Shown one piece after another: positions 1 through 13,319 of a stretch of DNA of 64,000 nucleotides (the first letter of the stretch is position 1; each line of letters starts with the position of its first letter). The stretch lies in assembly GCF_006345805.1 (NCBI RefSeq), contig NC_043001.1:87978001-88042000 (forward strand). The letters are read 5' to 3'. A program made the translations under genes and the position numbers. The stretch comes from Octopus sinensis. Lineage: Eukaryota. Under the pieces are notes generated by a model. That model saw only the letters and a list, made by a program, of their open reading frames with translations, did not search any database and was not told where the DNA came from.

Positions 1-29
1 GAAGTCTGTTGTATATGTCGTGTATGCAC

Positions 30-720
30 ATGCATGTGTATCTGTGTACATATGTTCACTGTTGTGCACACACTTCCACTGTCATATACTCACCTCCATC
101 ATACACATATGGCCACTGTCATGCACATGCCTTCACTGCCATGCATACACCTCCATTGTGCAACTATATCCACCATTGTGCACATGCTTTCACTATTTTT
201 CATACACCTCCATCATTGTGCATCCCCCCCCACTGTTATGCACACACCTCCACTATTTGGCATATACCTCCATTATTGCGCACACACCTCCACTATCATG
301 CACACATCTCTATCATGCACATATGTCCACCATTGTGTATACATTTCCACTATCATGCATGCAATGCTACCATGCATAGACCCTGTATGTCTACTGTCAT
401 ACACCCACCTCCATTGTGCACTTGTGTCTACCTTCATGTACACACCTCCATTATACTCACACCTCCATCATGCATGTATGTCCACTGTCATGTGCAGACA
501 TCCAGTGTGCATTTGTGTCCACCTTCGTGTATACACCTCCATCACTAGACACACCTAAGTCTTTATGTACATACATCCATTGTGCATATATGTCCACCAT
601 TATGAAGATACCTCCAACATGGTATATGCACTTCTATTGTGCACACAGCAGTATATGACAAATATCTTACTGCCACCACACACAGCTTCAGCATTTCTGC
701 CTCAACCATGCACACCACTT
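30..720. repeat. Degenerate ~20-bp minisatellite (CACACACCTCCACTATTGTG-like)
   Basis: Recurrent ca(c/t)acacctcca(c/t)(t/c)at(t/c)(a/g)tg units; explains the His/Thr/Cys-rich ORFs in several frames. Confidence 0.75.
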
Positions 721-1254
721 CCACCACACTCCTCCAACTCCTCCACCACACCCCCTCCAACCACTCTACGACACCCCCTCCATTCCCCTCAAACCTCTCC
801 ACAAACCCGCCATCACATGCACACACCCACCACCAACCCACTTCACTGCCCGTTCCTCTCCACCCCCACCACAGTACAGACACTCCACCACACCCCCTCC
901 ACCATTTCATGCATACATCTACTCTACTATCACAACACACCACCACCAATACTTTCACATATTACAACAGGGCACTATTGTCTATCTGTAGTTAACCAAT
1001 GGGAATTGTCCTTACTTCATTGATTTCATTGATTTTGCTGCAGCAATTCTGGAGCCTAGTGCAGTGTATTGCAGTGTTGTGCAGCTTAGCACTTCTCTGC
1101 CTTCAAAGCATGTCTTGGCATGGTATCTTGTTATCAGGCAGGTTATCATAGATTATTGCTCTCCCCCACCATTCTCTCTCTCTCTCTCCACTTTTTTTAA
1201 ATAAGTGTTTACTTTATATTTGCTTGCTGGTTGGGATTTTCTTACATCATATTC

Positions 1255-1493
1255 AGTGTGTATGCATATAAGTATGTGCATGTGTATGTGTGTGTATATA
1301 TATATATTATATATATATATATATATAATGTGTGTATGTATGTATGTATGTATTTATGTATGTGTGCATGTGTATATGTATATGTGTATGTATGTATGTG
1401 CATGTGTATATGTATATATGTATGTATGTGCATGTGTATATGTATATATGTATGTATGTGCATGTGTATATGTATATATGTATGTATGTGCAT

Positions 1494-1524
<31 letters not shown>

Positions 1525-1756
1525 CATGTATATATGTATATGTATATATGTATGTATGTGCATGTATATATGTATATATATATGTATATATGTATGTATG
1601 TGCATGTATATATGTATATATATATATATATTATATATATATATATATGCATGTATATATGTATAGATATATATATATATATGTATGTGTATATGTATAT
1701 ATATGTATGTATGTGCATGTATGTATGTGTATATGTATATATATGTATGTGTGTGT

Positions 1757-1788
<32 letters not shown>

Positions 1789-1954
1789 ATGTGTGTATGT
1801 ATGTATGTATGTATTTATGTATGTGTGCATGTGTATATGTATATGTGTATGTATGTATGTGCATGTGTATATGTATATATGTATGTATGTGCATGTGTAT
1901 ATGTATATATGTATGTATGTGCATGTGTATATGTATATATGTATGTATGTGCAT

Positions 1955-1985
<31 letters not shown>

Positions 1986-2512
1986 CATGTATATATGTAT
2001 ATGTATATATGTATGTATGTGCATGTATATATGTATATATATATATGTATATATGTATGTATGTGCATGTATATATGTATATATGTATAGATATATATAT
2101 ATATATATATATGCATGTATATATGTATAGATATATATATATATATGTATGTGTATATGTATATATATGTATGTATGTGCATGTATGTATGTGTATATGT
2201 ATATATATGTATGTATGTGTATATGTATATATATATATATATATGTATGTGCATATATATGTATGTATGTATGTGCATATATATCTATGTATGTATGTAT
2301 GTGCATATATATATATATGTATGTATGTATGTGCATATATATATATGTATGTATGTATGTGCATATATATATATGTATGTATGTATGTGCATATATATAT
2401 ATATGTATGTATGTATGTATGTGCATGTGTATATATATATGTATGTATGTGCATGTGTATATATATATATATGTATGTAGTGCATGTATATATATATATA
2501 TGTATGTATGCA
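1255..2512. repeat. Compound TA/TATG/TGCA microsatellite with ~30-bp subunits and a 461-bp tandem duplication
   Basis: Block starting taatgtgtgtatgt at 1327 recurs at 1788. Confidence 0.9.
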
Positions 2513-2675
2513 CAAAGGTTTTTTTTTGTCTGTTTACTTCCTTGTGTTCCTTTCTGTTGAAGAGCATAGGCTTGAAACGTAAAAGATTTTCTCACCTTCC
2601 CGAGTGTCATACTAATACACCTGCTTGTTGTTTATACACCTGTCTTTGTCTTTTGTTTTTCTGTAAATTTCAACT
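2513..2675. mobile_element. Short interspersed repeat, possibly a Penelope-like terminal repeat
   Basis: TTGAAGAGCATAGGCTTGAAACGT motif resembles PLE terminal-repeat TGANGA...GAAACG; embedded in TA microsatellite. Confidence 0.35.
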
Positions 2676-3731
2676 ATATATATATATATATATATGCATG
2701 TACATAAGTGTGTGTGTGTATATATATATATATTTATGTGCATGTACATATGTGTGTGTGTATATATATGTATGTATATGTATATATATGTATATACATG
2801 AATATATGTGTATGTGCATATGTCTGTGTGCATGTGTATATATATATATATACATGTACATACACACATAGATGCACATATGTGCATGTATATATATGTA
2901 TGTATGTGCATGTATATATGTGTGTGTGTGTGTGTATATATATATATCATTTGTAAACCCATAGAAAACGAACCTCCACCAACTATTCTGCCTATGTGTC
3001 CCTGCACACATTTCAATGCAATATATGCCAGAAGGTTGCAAATCTAATGGAGGCCTCAAAAGATCAGAACTTAAATGCAGCTTTTGTCAACCACACGAGG
3101 TTCCTTAAAGACTAACTCGTACCAGGGGGTATCCTGAACTCCAGGATGGAGAGCTTCAGACCATGCTTGCATTTTAGAAAACTTCTGCTGACTCTTTGGA
3201 ATCTGCATGGTGGCACCACAGCTGGAAACCAGTAGCCAAAGCTGAAGGGAAACAATTGTTTACCTTCATGATACTTTGGTGAAAATTGATGGACAATGGC
3301 AAAGGAAGGTAATCACTTAGAGTTTTACCCTTAAAAAACAAGGCCTCCCCCCCTCCATATTTTAAAGAGGTCTCAGGGAAGCAGTGTTTGGGGTCTGAAA
3401 ATTCGCCGTGAGGGTAAACCCCTTATAAGTGAGAAACCTAGGGTAACCCCATAAACTGGCCTACCTCACTATAATATATATATATATATATGCTTGTATA
3501 TATGCATGTATATATGTGTATATATATATTAGCTGAGGTAAAAGCCTGGGGAATAGTTTTGGTAGATGGAAACTGACAGAAACTTGTGTGTGTGCATGTA
3601 TAGATTTATGTGTGTACACATACACACATACACATGTGCACAAGCATACATACACATTTATATATACATGCATGTATACATACATATGTATATATATATA
3701 TATGTGTTTGTGTGTATATATATATATAAAA

Positions 3732-4075
3732 AATCATCATCATTTAATGTCCGTTGTCAATGTTGGCATGGGTTGGATGATTTGAGGAGGGCTGATAAGT
3801 TGAGGAGCTGCACCAGACTCTAGTCTGATTTGGCATGGTTTCTACAGTTGGATGCCCTTCCTAACATCAATCTCTCCAAGAGCGTGATAGGTGCTTTTAC
3901 ATGACACTGGCATTGGTCACATTGCCACCGTGAGGCCCAGTGCCTGAATGGTGCTTTTTATGTGCCTGTTATGTGACACTGGTATTGGCCACATCGCCTC
4001 TGTGAGGCCCAATACTCGATTGGTGCTTATTACATGTCACCAGCATAGGATATATGCCCCAGCATGGCCGCAGCC
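3732..4075 (-). mobile_element. RTE LINE 3' end (decayed)
   Basis: (CAT)n tail + tttaatgtccgt...ggatgcccttcctaac, the reverse complement of the 3' end of the long RTE at 41433-44837. Confidence 0.85.
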
Positions 4076-4726
4076 TTCGGGCTAAAACATTTTTAAGGAT
4101 TTAAGGATATATAAATATTTATATATATATATGTATGTATATACACACACACACACACAAATTGATATTGCTTAAGAGATGGATATTTATGAGATTAAAT
4201 TAACCTATTTGCTTTAAGTACTAAGTGAGTACTGATTCTTTATTTCTTTATTATTTTTTTTGTTCTAAAAATTTCCTGTTTGTTTCTCCCCACAAAAACT
4301 AAAGCCCTCAATTTCACCCTCCTACCCTATCAACCAAAAGGCATTTTGACTATCTTGAATGCATTCTTCATTGAAATCTTCTATGAGTAACACGTTATTC
4401 ACAAATGTATTAACCTTCACATTGCAAACACATGTACGCACGCACACACACATACACACCACATAAAGAAAACAGGGACATGCATGCACACATATTTCAC
4501 ACTTACATACCATATTTGTCCCATCAGCACTATCACCAAACTGCCAGCCCAAGCCACTGAACAAAAACAATCTAGATACTCTCTCTCTCTCCACAACCAG
4601 AAATTTAATCATGCTTGTTTTGAACACTATCTAAGAAAGCAACTTCGCCGTCAGTTTTACTTTGAGAACTGCCTGTGCAGAGACAAACTAAGAAGTAACT
4701 GTAAAATTTTTCTGCTCTGAAATATT

Positions 4727-5122
4727 CTCTTTTATCTCTTTTACTCTTTCAATTGTTACAGTCATTTGACTGCGGCCATGCTGGAGCACCACCTTTTATC
4801 GAGCAAATCGACCTCAGGACTTATTCTTTGGAAGCCTAGTACTTATTCTATTGGTTTCTTTTGCCGAACCGCTATGTTATGGGGACATAAACACACTACC
4901 ATCGGTTGTCAAGTGATGTTGGGGGGACAAACACAGACACACATACATATATATATTGTATATATACGACGGCCTTCTTTCAGTTTCCATCTACAAAATC
5001 CACTCACAAGGCTTTGGTTGGCCTGAGGCTATAGCAGAAGACACTTGCCCAAGGTACCACGCAGTGGGAATGAACCATGTGGTTGGTAAGCAAGCTACTT
5101 ACCACACAGCCACTCCTGTGCC
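4727..5122 (-). mobile_element. tRNA-derived SINE family A, full length
   Basis: Head GGCACAGGAGTGGCTGTGTGGTAAG, ggcaccttgggcaagtgtc core, central (TA/CA) tract, aaagag tail; many copies in window. Confidence 0.9.
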
Positions 5123-5703
5123 TTACATTTCATATTGAGTTCTAGATCAGGTGACAGTAACTGTTTATCAGCCACAAAGTTATGCTATTGTCTTTGTATA
5201 TTTATATATAAGATGGAAATTGGTTCAGTAATGAGTATAACTATTGTTTATTAATGAACTTAAAAAGCAAAAATAACTTTTAGCCCAGCTGATGATTCGC
5301 AGCTTTTACCCACACCATTGCATAAATGTCTCTTCTCAGTTAAATGCAATGCAGTATCATGACATGAGGCATTGTATACAGACTGTTCAGACCATCAGTA
5401 GAAAGGCAATATATATTACATGATTGGAAGATATATGTTCTTTCAGGTGTCACAGATTATTATTAGCTTACTTTGTTTTGTGTACTAAAAAGACCAAAGT
5501 AAGGCAAATTTAATTATGAGTTGAATATTTTTGAATATTTGAAGGGACTATTTATATTTGTGGGGTTTTTTGTGTCTCATTTCAATTTTTTTTTGTGTGT
5601 TTAATACTTGAATTCTGTATATATTTTACTACATGATGCTGTATCACTTGCATCATTTCCCAACTTTCCACATGAATATTACCTTTTCTTCAAGCAGATT
5701 TAA

Positions 5704-5875
5704 CCCTTTATCATTTAAACTGGCCATATCTGGCACAAATATTCTTCCTGCTTTATGCTCCAAACTGGCCAAATCCAGCCTCTCACACCTACCTTACAAT
5801 ATCATTCTAAAAATAAACAATCATACCATTGAAGTGTCAAAGTTATGAGACAATGCATGATTAATTCTAAACAAC
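5704..5875. mobile_element. TTAA-type MITE, partial (family 2)
   Basis: TTAA + CCCTTTA terminus; body shared with 6680-6881 and 17363-17570. Confidence 0.65.
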
Positions 5876-6679
5876 CAATATTGGCATGTTTACATTCCTG
5901 TGACTTCATGATTTGGCAAAAGATACCTATAGAATAAGTACCAGACTTTACAAAAAATAATAAGTACTGGAGTTGATAAGCAGGACTAAATTATTATTCA
6001 AGGCAATGCCCCAGCATGGCCACAATTCAATGAATGAAACAAGTAAATGATAAAAGATAAGAAAGTATGTGTGTGTGTTTGGTGGTGGTGGTGGGGAAGG
6101 TCTTTTAATATTTACATTTTCTCTTTGGACATTTATAAACAATGGCCTTTTCAACAACAAAAAAGTAAAATGTGCCCCCTCCCAACATATTGAAAATATA
6201 TAAATACTAAAAAAAGCACCAAAATATATGAAAAAAGCTTTGCCACAAGACACTCACAAAAGATAATATTAACATATTAAAATAAAATGGTAACTTCATT
6301 TAGCAGTAATGTCAACAAACACTCTTTATTTAGTGAGGGTGCTAACAAGTCAGGAATATTTCTGTTCTGTTTCTGTCTTTAGACGTAACTAGTACCATAA
6401 AAAAATTGGACACGGGTGTTTTTGCACAAATGAGGGCAGTATGACAAAGTTGTGTAACCAAGTAAAATGCTATTCTTCTTGAGTGTTATTAATGAACAAG
6501 AAAAACAATGTATCTGTCTTGCTAGTGGTGGCTTTCCTTGAACCAGCATAACAACAGTCACAATCAAGGTAAATTGTATGGATCTCTTTTGTATGGCTGT
6601 AGAGTATTTAAAGATGAGGCTGAAGCAAGTAAACAGGTGATGCTGGTGAGAACTGCCCTTACATTTATGACACAACAGC

Positions 6680-6881
6680 TCTCAAACCAGCTATACTAAG
6701 TGTAATTATTCACCTGTTTTATGCTCAAACTGATCAGATCAGGTCCTTCACACTTACCATACCATGTCTTAAACTAAACAATCACTTGAAAATTCTTAGC
6801 TACAAGATAATGCATGATTAATTCAAAATAATGTTAATAAATAAGCAGTACATTTGACAGAGTAATCTGAATGCTAAAGGG
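6680..6881. mobile_element. TTAA-type MITE, partial (family 2)
   Basis: Ends AATGCTAAAGGG + TTAA. Confidence 0.65.
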
Positions 6882-7570
6882 TTAAGGTATGGAAATACAA
6901 GGGTTAGGGTTGAGATGTTGGAAATGATGTGGACCCACTGTTTGTTGTCACCTTCAAGCTACAGTATGGGCACTGAGATCACAAAAGTTGTGTGGTCAGG
7001 TGGGGGTCTGAATTATATTTGTCCTCATGACCCTCAAAGACCATAAAATCATCTCAGAACTGGTTGTAGCTTTGAGTGTGGAATAAAAAGCAATGATGAG
7101 ACTAGTAGTGAATGACAGGAAACCAGATTGTTATACATATAGTAGCAAAACCCTTTGAGGGCTGTTTACCTACAGGAGCAGCAAGGAAAAAAAAAGCAAC
7201 AACAACAAAGTTGCTGACCGTAAATTCTAGAAAATACTTATTTTTCCTTAGCACTTTCAGTCAAAGTTCTAGACTCATTAGAGAACAGGATGCCTTCACT
7301 GTCAGAAACTGATCAGGAAGCCAAGGGGCACCTTCCTCTGGCATGGTTGGCAGTAACAAAGAAGAGTAAATTTGTCCACTATAACAACAGCAGCAAACTC
7401 CAGTCCTTAAAGAACCATGGATCACAGTTCTGGAGTTAGCAAAGGAAATCACTTTGTACCCAATTCAAGAAACCAATGACCAAGCACCTGTCTCCCTATC
7501 ATAATCAGCAACATAAATCCATCATCTTGTGGTGAGCAAGACGTGATAGTAACTACAGATGATTTTTTTC

Positions 7571-7947
7571 AAACGGTGGCATGTAAAAGGCATCAACTGT
7601 TGGTGGCTGTTGCCAGCCTACCCTGGCACCTGTGCTGGTGGCACGTAAAAAGCACCATCTGTATGTGGCCAATGACAGCGTCGCCTTGACTGGCTTCCGT
7701 GTCGGTGGCACGTAAAAACCACCAACTGATCGTGGCCGTTGCCAGCCTCCCCTGGCACCTGTGCTGGTGGCATGTAAAAAGCACCCACCACACTCACGGA
7801 GTGGTTGGTGTTAGGAAGGGCATCCAGCTGTAGAAACACTGCCAGATCAGACTGGAGCCTGGTGCAGGCTCCTGGCTTCCCAGACCCCAGTCGAACCGTC
7901 CAACCCATGCTAGCACGGAAAACGGACATTAAACGATGATGATGATG
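7571..7947 (+). mobile_element. RTE LINE 3' end
   Basis: GTGCTGGTGGCAC subrepeats, aggaagggcatccagctgtagaaac, aacggacattaaac(GAT)n tail. Confidence 0.9.
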
Positions 7948-8514
7948 TCAGAGAGGACATGTATGGTAAAAAGTAGAAAAAGACAAACCCAAGAATACTA
8001 AGATTAAAGAGAGAATACATCCTCAGATCAACGGGGACAATGTAGATCTAAAATTCACTGTCTTCCAAAAGAGTAATCTGCTCCTCGTTGATGCAGTAAC
8101 TATACTTTGGTGCAACAGACACTGTATGGATATACAAATGAATGAACCTCAAATAAGTTTGGAATATGAGAAACTTGCTAAAGACAGACAGTGAAAAAGA
8201 TTGATCTTTAATTATAATCTGTAAAAATAAAAACTTCTTAAGGACATGGGTTGTTTACCACCTATAATTTGTTAGCCAGTTAGTACCATCAGGATTAGTT
8301 TTTCTTCAGATGTTTCTCTGTGGCAAAGTATCTTACCTTGATTTGATGTTTGCAATTAGAGATAACCTATAAATAAAAAGTTGCCCATAATTGACAAACA
8401 CGTGGTGCAAGCCCTATCAGTGTGCCTGTTGTGCTTTTCTGTCTCAAACCTGATACTTGTTTACAGCTACCACACAATATCAAGACAGGGAAACACAAAC
8501 ACACACGTACATAT

Positions 8515-8658
8515 AAATATGGCTACATGGTTAAAAAACTTACTTGCCAACCACATGATTTCTTGTTCAGTCCCACTGTGTGGCACCTTGGACAAGTGTG
8601 TTCTACTATAACCTGAAACCACCAAATCCTTGTGGGTGGATTTGGTTGATGGAAACTG
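8515..8658 (+). mobile_element. SINE family A 5' half (decayed)
   Basis: gttcagtcccactg...ggcaccttggacaagtg...ggaaactga. Confidence 0.75.
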
Positions 8659-8852
8659 ATGCTATATTTCTAAAAATTGTTATTGTAACATCAGCAGGCC
8701 ATCAGCTGATGTGTCACATTTGACAGTTTTTTTACTATTTTTGTCATGAAACAAAAGCTTGTCTCCTACCAGAATTTACTTTTTTATTTCATGTTTTTGT
8801 TTTTATTTTTTACATTTATGTATACATATTTTTCTCTTTTTTTGTTTTACAG

Positions 8853-8978
8853 AGAGTTGGGCATTTTGATCCAGTGACTCGGACATTCCTTACTGAGGAG
8901 AATTTGATCCCCAACCTGGCAATGAAAGAAGTAATCGATGCCTTTTTGGAGGAGAATCCGTGGGGTGAAGATTATTAA
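8853..8978 (+). CDS. STUB1: Last coding exon of CHIP/STUB1 U-box E3 ubiquitin ligase
   Basis: Polypyrimidine tract + AG (ttttgttttacag) then in-phase [41 protein letters not shown], matching the animal CHIP C-terminus (human [41 protein letters not shown]); phase-0 boundary before RVGHF. Confidence 0.96.
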   Translation, partial: RVGHFDPVTRTFLTEENLIPNLAMKEVIDAFLEENPWGEDY

Positions 8979-9290
8979 AGCTTTCGCTAGACAGTCATGT
9001 GACTGTCAACTGTGATGATGGCATCGGTGGTCAGTTGGTCAGTTTGTGAAGCTTGTGAAGTTGGTCAGCTTGGTGAAGGTGTCAGAAGTAGTAGTGATGA
9101 TGTTGTTCTTGGTTGCAGACAACCCCTACTTCATGCACACACGTGCACACACAATCTGTTGCTGCAAAAAATGTACTCTGTGTACACATGCACTCATGCA
9201 TGTGCACATCCTTATCTCCTGCAGCACTACACACATGCAAATAACCACACTTTAAGCACAGGGTTGTTATAATAAAAGAAACATATTTAT
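8979..9290 (+). other. STUB1: STUB1 3' UTR with AATAAA polyadenylation signal at 9271-9276
   Basis: Unique sequence after the TAA stop; first AATAAA about 290 nt downstream. Confidence 0.6.
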
Positions 9291-9352
9291 ACATGGATAC
9301 AGACCACATACATGTGCACTGTTAGTGGCTTGGACCATACAGACTGACAAAC

Positions 9353-9396
9353 AGCATATATATATATATATATATATAATATATATATATATATAT

Positions 9397-9483
<87 letters not shown>

Positions 9484-9484
9484 G

Positions 9485-9582
<98 letters not shown>

Positions 9583-9637
9583 ATATATATATATATAGTA
9601 TATATATATATATATACACATACACACACACACACAA
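9353..9637. repeat. (TA)n microsatellite with CA tail
   Basis: Direct observation. Confidence 0.95.
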
Positions 9638-10220
9638 ACAACACTACTAACACCTCTACTGACACTCCACTTGTGCCGTACACTACCATCACAATCAATA
9701 ACAACAATATCACCACTATCACCACCACCAACATCACCAATACTACTACTACTATACTAGCAACAATACCATCACCATCATCACAACCAATACCACCAGA
9801 ACAGGTGAAGACAATTAGCAAGAACTTAATTGGTGCCAACTGTTAAAATATTGTAAATACAATCTGTTGTTGCAGCTGCTGCCCTTTGCTGCTGTGAGAC
9901 TTCAAACCATTGAGCACGCCACTGCAGTATACCACTGCTCTCTACTGCTGCAGTCTACTCCTACTGCACTCTTGCAGTTGGGCCTTTTTTTCCCTTCTTT
10001 CTGTTATGCCATTTGTTATGTATGTGTGTGTGCATGGTACATGATTCCATGTATCTGTACGTGTGGTATACAAGTATATGATGTATATGTTTTAAGTATT
10101 TATGTGTGATGTATATTTGTGTAGAGGGATGTGTGTGATGTGATGTGATGTATATATATATATGGAATATGTATGTATGTATAATATGTGTATGTGTGTG
10201 TGTATGTATAAATATATATT

Positions 10221-10361
10221 AGGCAGTGAATTGGCATTGTTGTTAGAACATTGGTTAGAATACTTTGTGGCACTTGTTCTGATGCTCTGTGCTGTGAGTT
10301 CAAATCCTGCCAAGGTCAGTCTTACCTTTCAACCTTACAGGAATGATATTTAAAGTACCAG
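10221..10361 (+). mobile_element. tRNA-derived SINE family B (decayed)
   Basis: ggcagtgaattggca head, gagttcaaatcc B-box, aagtaccag core. Confidence 0.75.
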
Positions 10362-11014
10362 ACCATGTGTTGGATCTATAGAAATTTTAAAGTATTGGGC
10401 AGGATGCCTTGTGATATCTGTTCTGTCCTGCTTTTCTGTGTTCTGAGTTCAATACCCACCTCATTTCACTGGAGAAAAAATATATACACAGCAAGAGCTA
10501 AAAATATGGACACACTCTGTCAAGTGTAATGACCAGTAGATAGAACTAGTCATTGAACAACCAATGGATATATAGTTCCCTTGGTTTGTTGCAGGATAAT
10601 GTGATTTATGTGTATGTGTGCATGTGTGTGCATGTATGTGTCCCTGCATGCTTATGTATTGTGTGCATTTGTGTGTGTGTGTAGATTTTGGTTTCAGGAA
10701 TAGGATGTACCTATTGCAAGGATTTTCATACAAGTCTTTAAAGCATGGATGTTGTTAGCAAAAGAATTGGATTAGATATATTGGAACAACTAAAGGAATA
10801 TGAGATGATAATTGTATTATACCTGAAAAGGGTAGTTGTCATGCTGATGTAGGCCCTAGACTGAGAGTTGGTGCAAGTATATACTTGTGTATGATTCACA
10901 AACTGTGACCAACAATCCAACAAGTTGTTTTGGAAGGATGCATATAATTTCTTCCAAAACTTTGGTCTTTCTGTATATGGCACCTCTTTAGCTTGTTTCA
11001 TTACAAACCCAGTA

Positions 11015-11600
11015 AATCCTCCTCATATTACATTTACATGCACTCTAACCACCCTAGAAACATTATCAAATAGCTCATACCCAACATCTCCCTTAAATTT
11101 CCTTACATATCTGCAAATAGACAAATTTCCACAGGCACTGCACCTTATTACAGGGAAGCACTTCTCAGAAGTGGCTACAAAGAATAAAAAGCATGTATGC
11201 AGGGCTCACATCTAGATCACAAACACACAATAGAAGCAATAGGGAAAGAAACATCACACGGTCCACACTTCCTTACAATGTCAACATAACAAAAAAATTT
11301 TAGGTCTTTATTAAAAACCACTTTCCTTTAAACCACAAATAAAACAAAATATTCAACAAAAACACTTCCTTCAGAATTACTTACTCAGACATATCAAACT
11401 TCAAATTATTTCTTGCCTCCTCCAATACCTACAAACACTGAACATGCTCACACCAAATCCTGCAATTGAAACCACACAAATTACCACCCTCTCAACAATT
11501 AACTACTTAGCTAAGAACATAGTTTGCACCAAATCATCTTCTTAAGCTTATATAGGTATGACATCCAACCCTTTTAAGTTTTAATACAACTCTCACTCTT
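11015..11600 (+). mobile_element. Penelope-like element fragment (RT thumb/linker into GIY-YIG endonuclease)
   Basis: Interrupted translation gives HMHSNHPRNIIK, APYYREALLRSGYKE, RERNITRSTLPYN, FPLNHK*NKIFNKNT, LAKNIVC...AYIGMTSNPFK, matching PLE motifs (SNHP, YN.AL..SGY, R.I.WFNPP, KIFN.NT, NIVY...YIG). Confidence 0.8.
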
Positions 11601-12074
11601 ATTCATCCAGTCACAACATCCACAGTCTAAAAACAAGATTTGTTTATGTCTGTGAGTGTGTGCATGTGTTAGGTTTTAGTACCTGTGGCACTGGAGAAAA
11701 CGCTGAGTGTAAAATGCCTCAAAAATATTACATTTAGTTGAATTCTCTGTAACAATTCTGCCAATCCATTGCCTTTATATATGTGTGTGTATGTGTATCT
11801 GTGTTATGTATTTGCATATATATATATAAATATGTATTAAATATGTACACACACATATATACATATGTACATATGTATACGTCATATACATAAATATATT
11901 GAGTATAAAACTTTCTCTTATAAAATGGCCATCATGTTTTACCTGTGGCTCACACTGGAGTGTAGCCTTAATGTGAAGATAAACCCCTATGAAGATGAAC
12001 ACAAAAACTTAAATACACGATTGAAAACAAAATATGAACATTTTAAAGAGAAGGAAGATAACATATCATGTGTG

Positions 12075-12122
<48 letters not shown>

Positions 12123-12626
12123 TATATATATATGCACACACACGCATTCATTTGAATGAGGGGATAATATACAATAATAGTTATAATTTCCCCATGACAT
12201 GTATTGAAATAATCATTAGATCAATAGTATTTGAAAGGATGAAAATAAACAAAAAGAGAAATTGAAATTAAATGAAATCACTGTTAAAGGCAGTGGATGT
12301 GAAAACCCGAAAGAAGTAAACATTTAATGTGTGTCCATGTGTATATACACTTGGACACACTCATACACATAGGCCCTTCTCATGATGGGCAGGAGTGAGG
12401 TAGATTGATAAGGATGGTGGTGTTGGGGATTGCATACAGTTTGGTCCAATGCTTTCCTCATTACAGTGAATATGAGAGAGTGAGTATTAAAGAGGTGAGA
12501 GCATTGGATAGATCCAATGCCATCTGCTTGCTACTCAGGCAGCATGGTACAGTGAATAGGAGAGATCCACAACTAATCTTGGTTACACAAGCAGCATAAC
12601 ACAGTGAACAGTTGATAAGGTTAAGT

Positions 12627-12883
12627 CAGGGGTTCCCAAACTTTTTCAGGCTGCTGCTCCCTTGGTACCCAGGTCATATTCCTAGTGCCCTACCCCACAC
12701 TAACATAGACCACTTTCTGCATTAAATTTAAAACAACTGTATTTCACAAATATTACTTAACCTAATTAACCCATTATTTTATTATTGCCCCCTTTTGGCC
12801 TCCCCATTATTGCCCCCCCCCCACTTTCCTTCAGTACCCCCCCCCCCCAAGGGGCAGTACCACCCACTTTTTGGGAACCACTG
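12627..12883. mobile_element. hAT-superfamily MITE (257 bp)
   Basis: 14-bp TIR CAGGGGTTCCCAAA / TTTGGGAACCACTG (1 mismatch); perfect 8-bp TSD GGTTAAGT at 12619-12626 and 12884-12891. Confidence 0.92.
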
Positions 12884-13259
12884 GGTTAAGTGATAGTAAG
12901 ATGAAGAGAGGTTATTAAAGGAGGTAACATCTAGATTTTAACCAGGATATATTGGGTAAACACCCAAATGCAGATATATATATATATATTGCACCTCCCA
13001 GCCTCAGCTCATTTGTGCACTGTTGTTTATGCTTGCTAACATCTCACATTCAGTGGAGCATACTCGTTTCATTTCTTTCTCCTCTTTGCAAACTACGTCA
13101 AACTTGTGTGCGATGGCTCTGTGTTTGTATGTATCTATGTATATATAAATATATATATTAGCGTGTGTGTGTTTGTATATATGTATCAATGTAAATATGT
13201 GTGTCTGTGTACATTTTTGCAAAATATATATAAAATGTATGTGTCTGTATGTGTGTGTG

Positions 13260-13319
<60 letters not shown>

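Noticed and set aside
1047-1122. Plus-strand exon candidate for upstream STUB1
   Set aside because: Translation does not resemble any part of CHIP
2557-2586. Hammerhead ribozyme TTGAAGAGCATAGGCTTGAAACGTA
   Set aside because: C3 is missing, stem II pairs only in a register that consumes the core GA, and stem I does not form
1205-2871. Long ORFs (up to 418 aa) of YI/MYVC/HTY repeats here and at many other TA-rich sites
   Set aside because: Translations of microsatellites that lack stop codons by composition; no splice or domain support
4511-4556. 46-nt minus-strand exon candidate (AWAGSLVIVLMGQ or GLGWQFGDSADGTNM)
   Set aside because: No recognisable protein continuation or partner exons; chance splice signals are common here
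11385-11428. Minus-strand exon-like segment with good splice sites
   Set aside because: Lies inside a Penelope-like ORF remnant on the plus strand, showing such signals arise by chance
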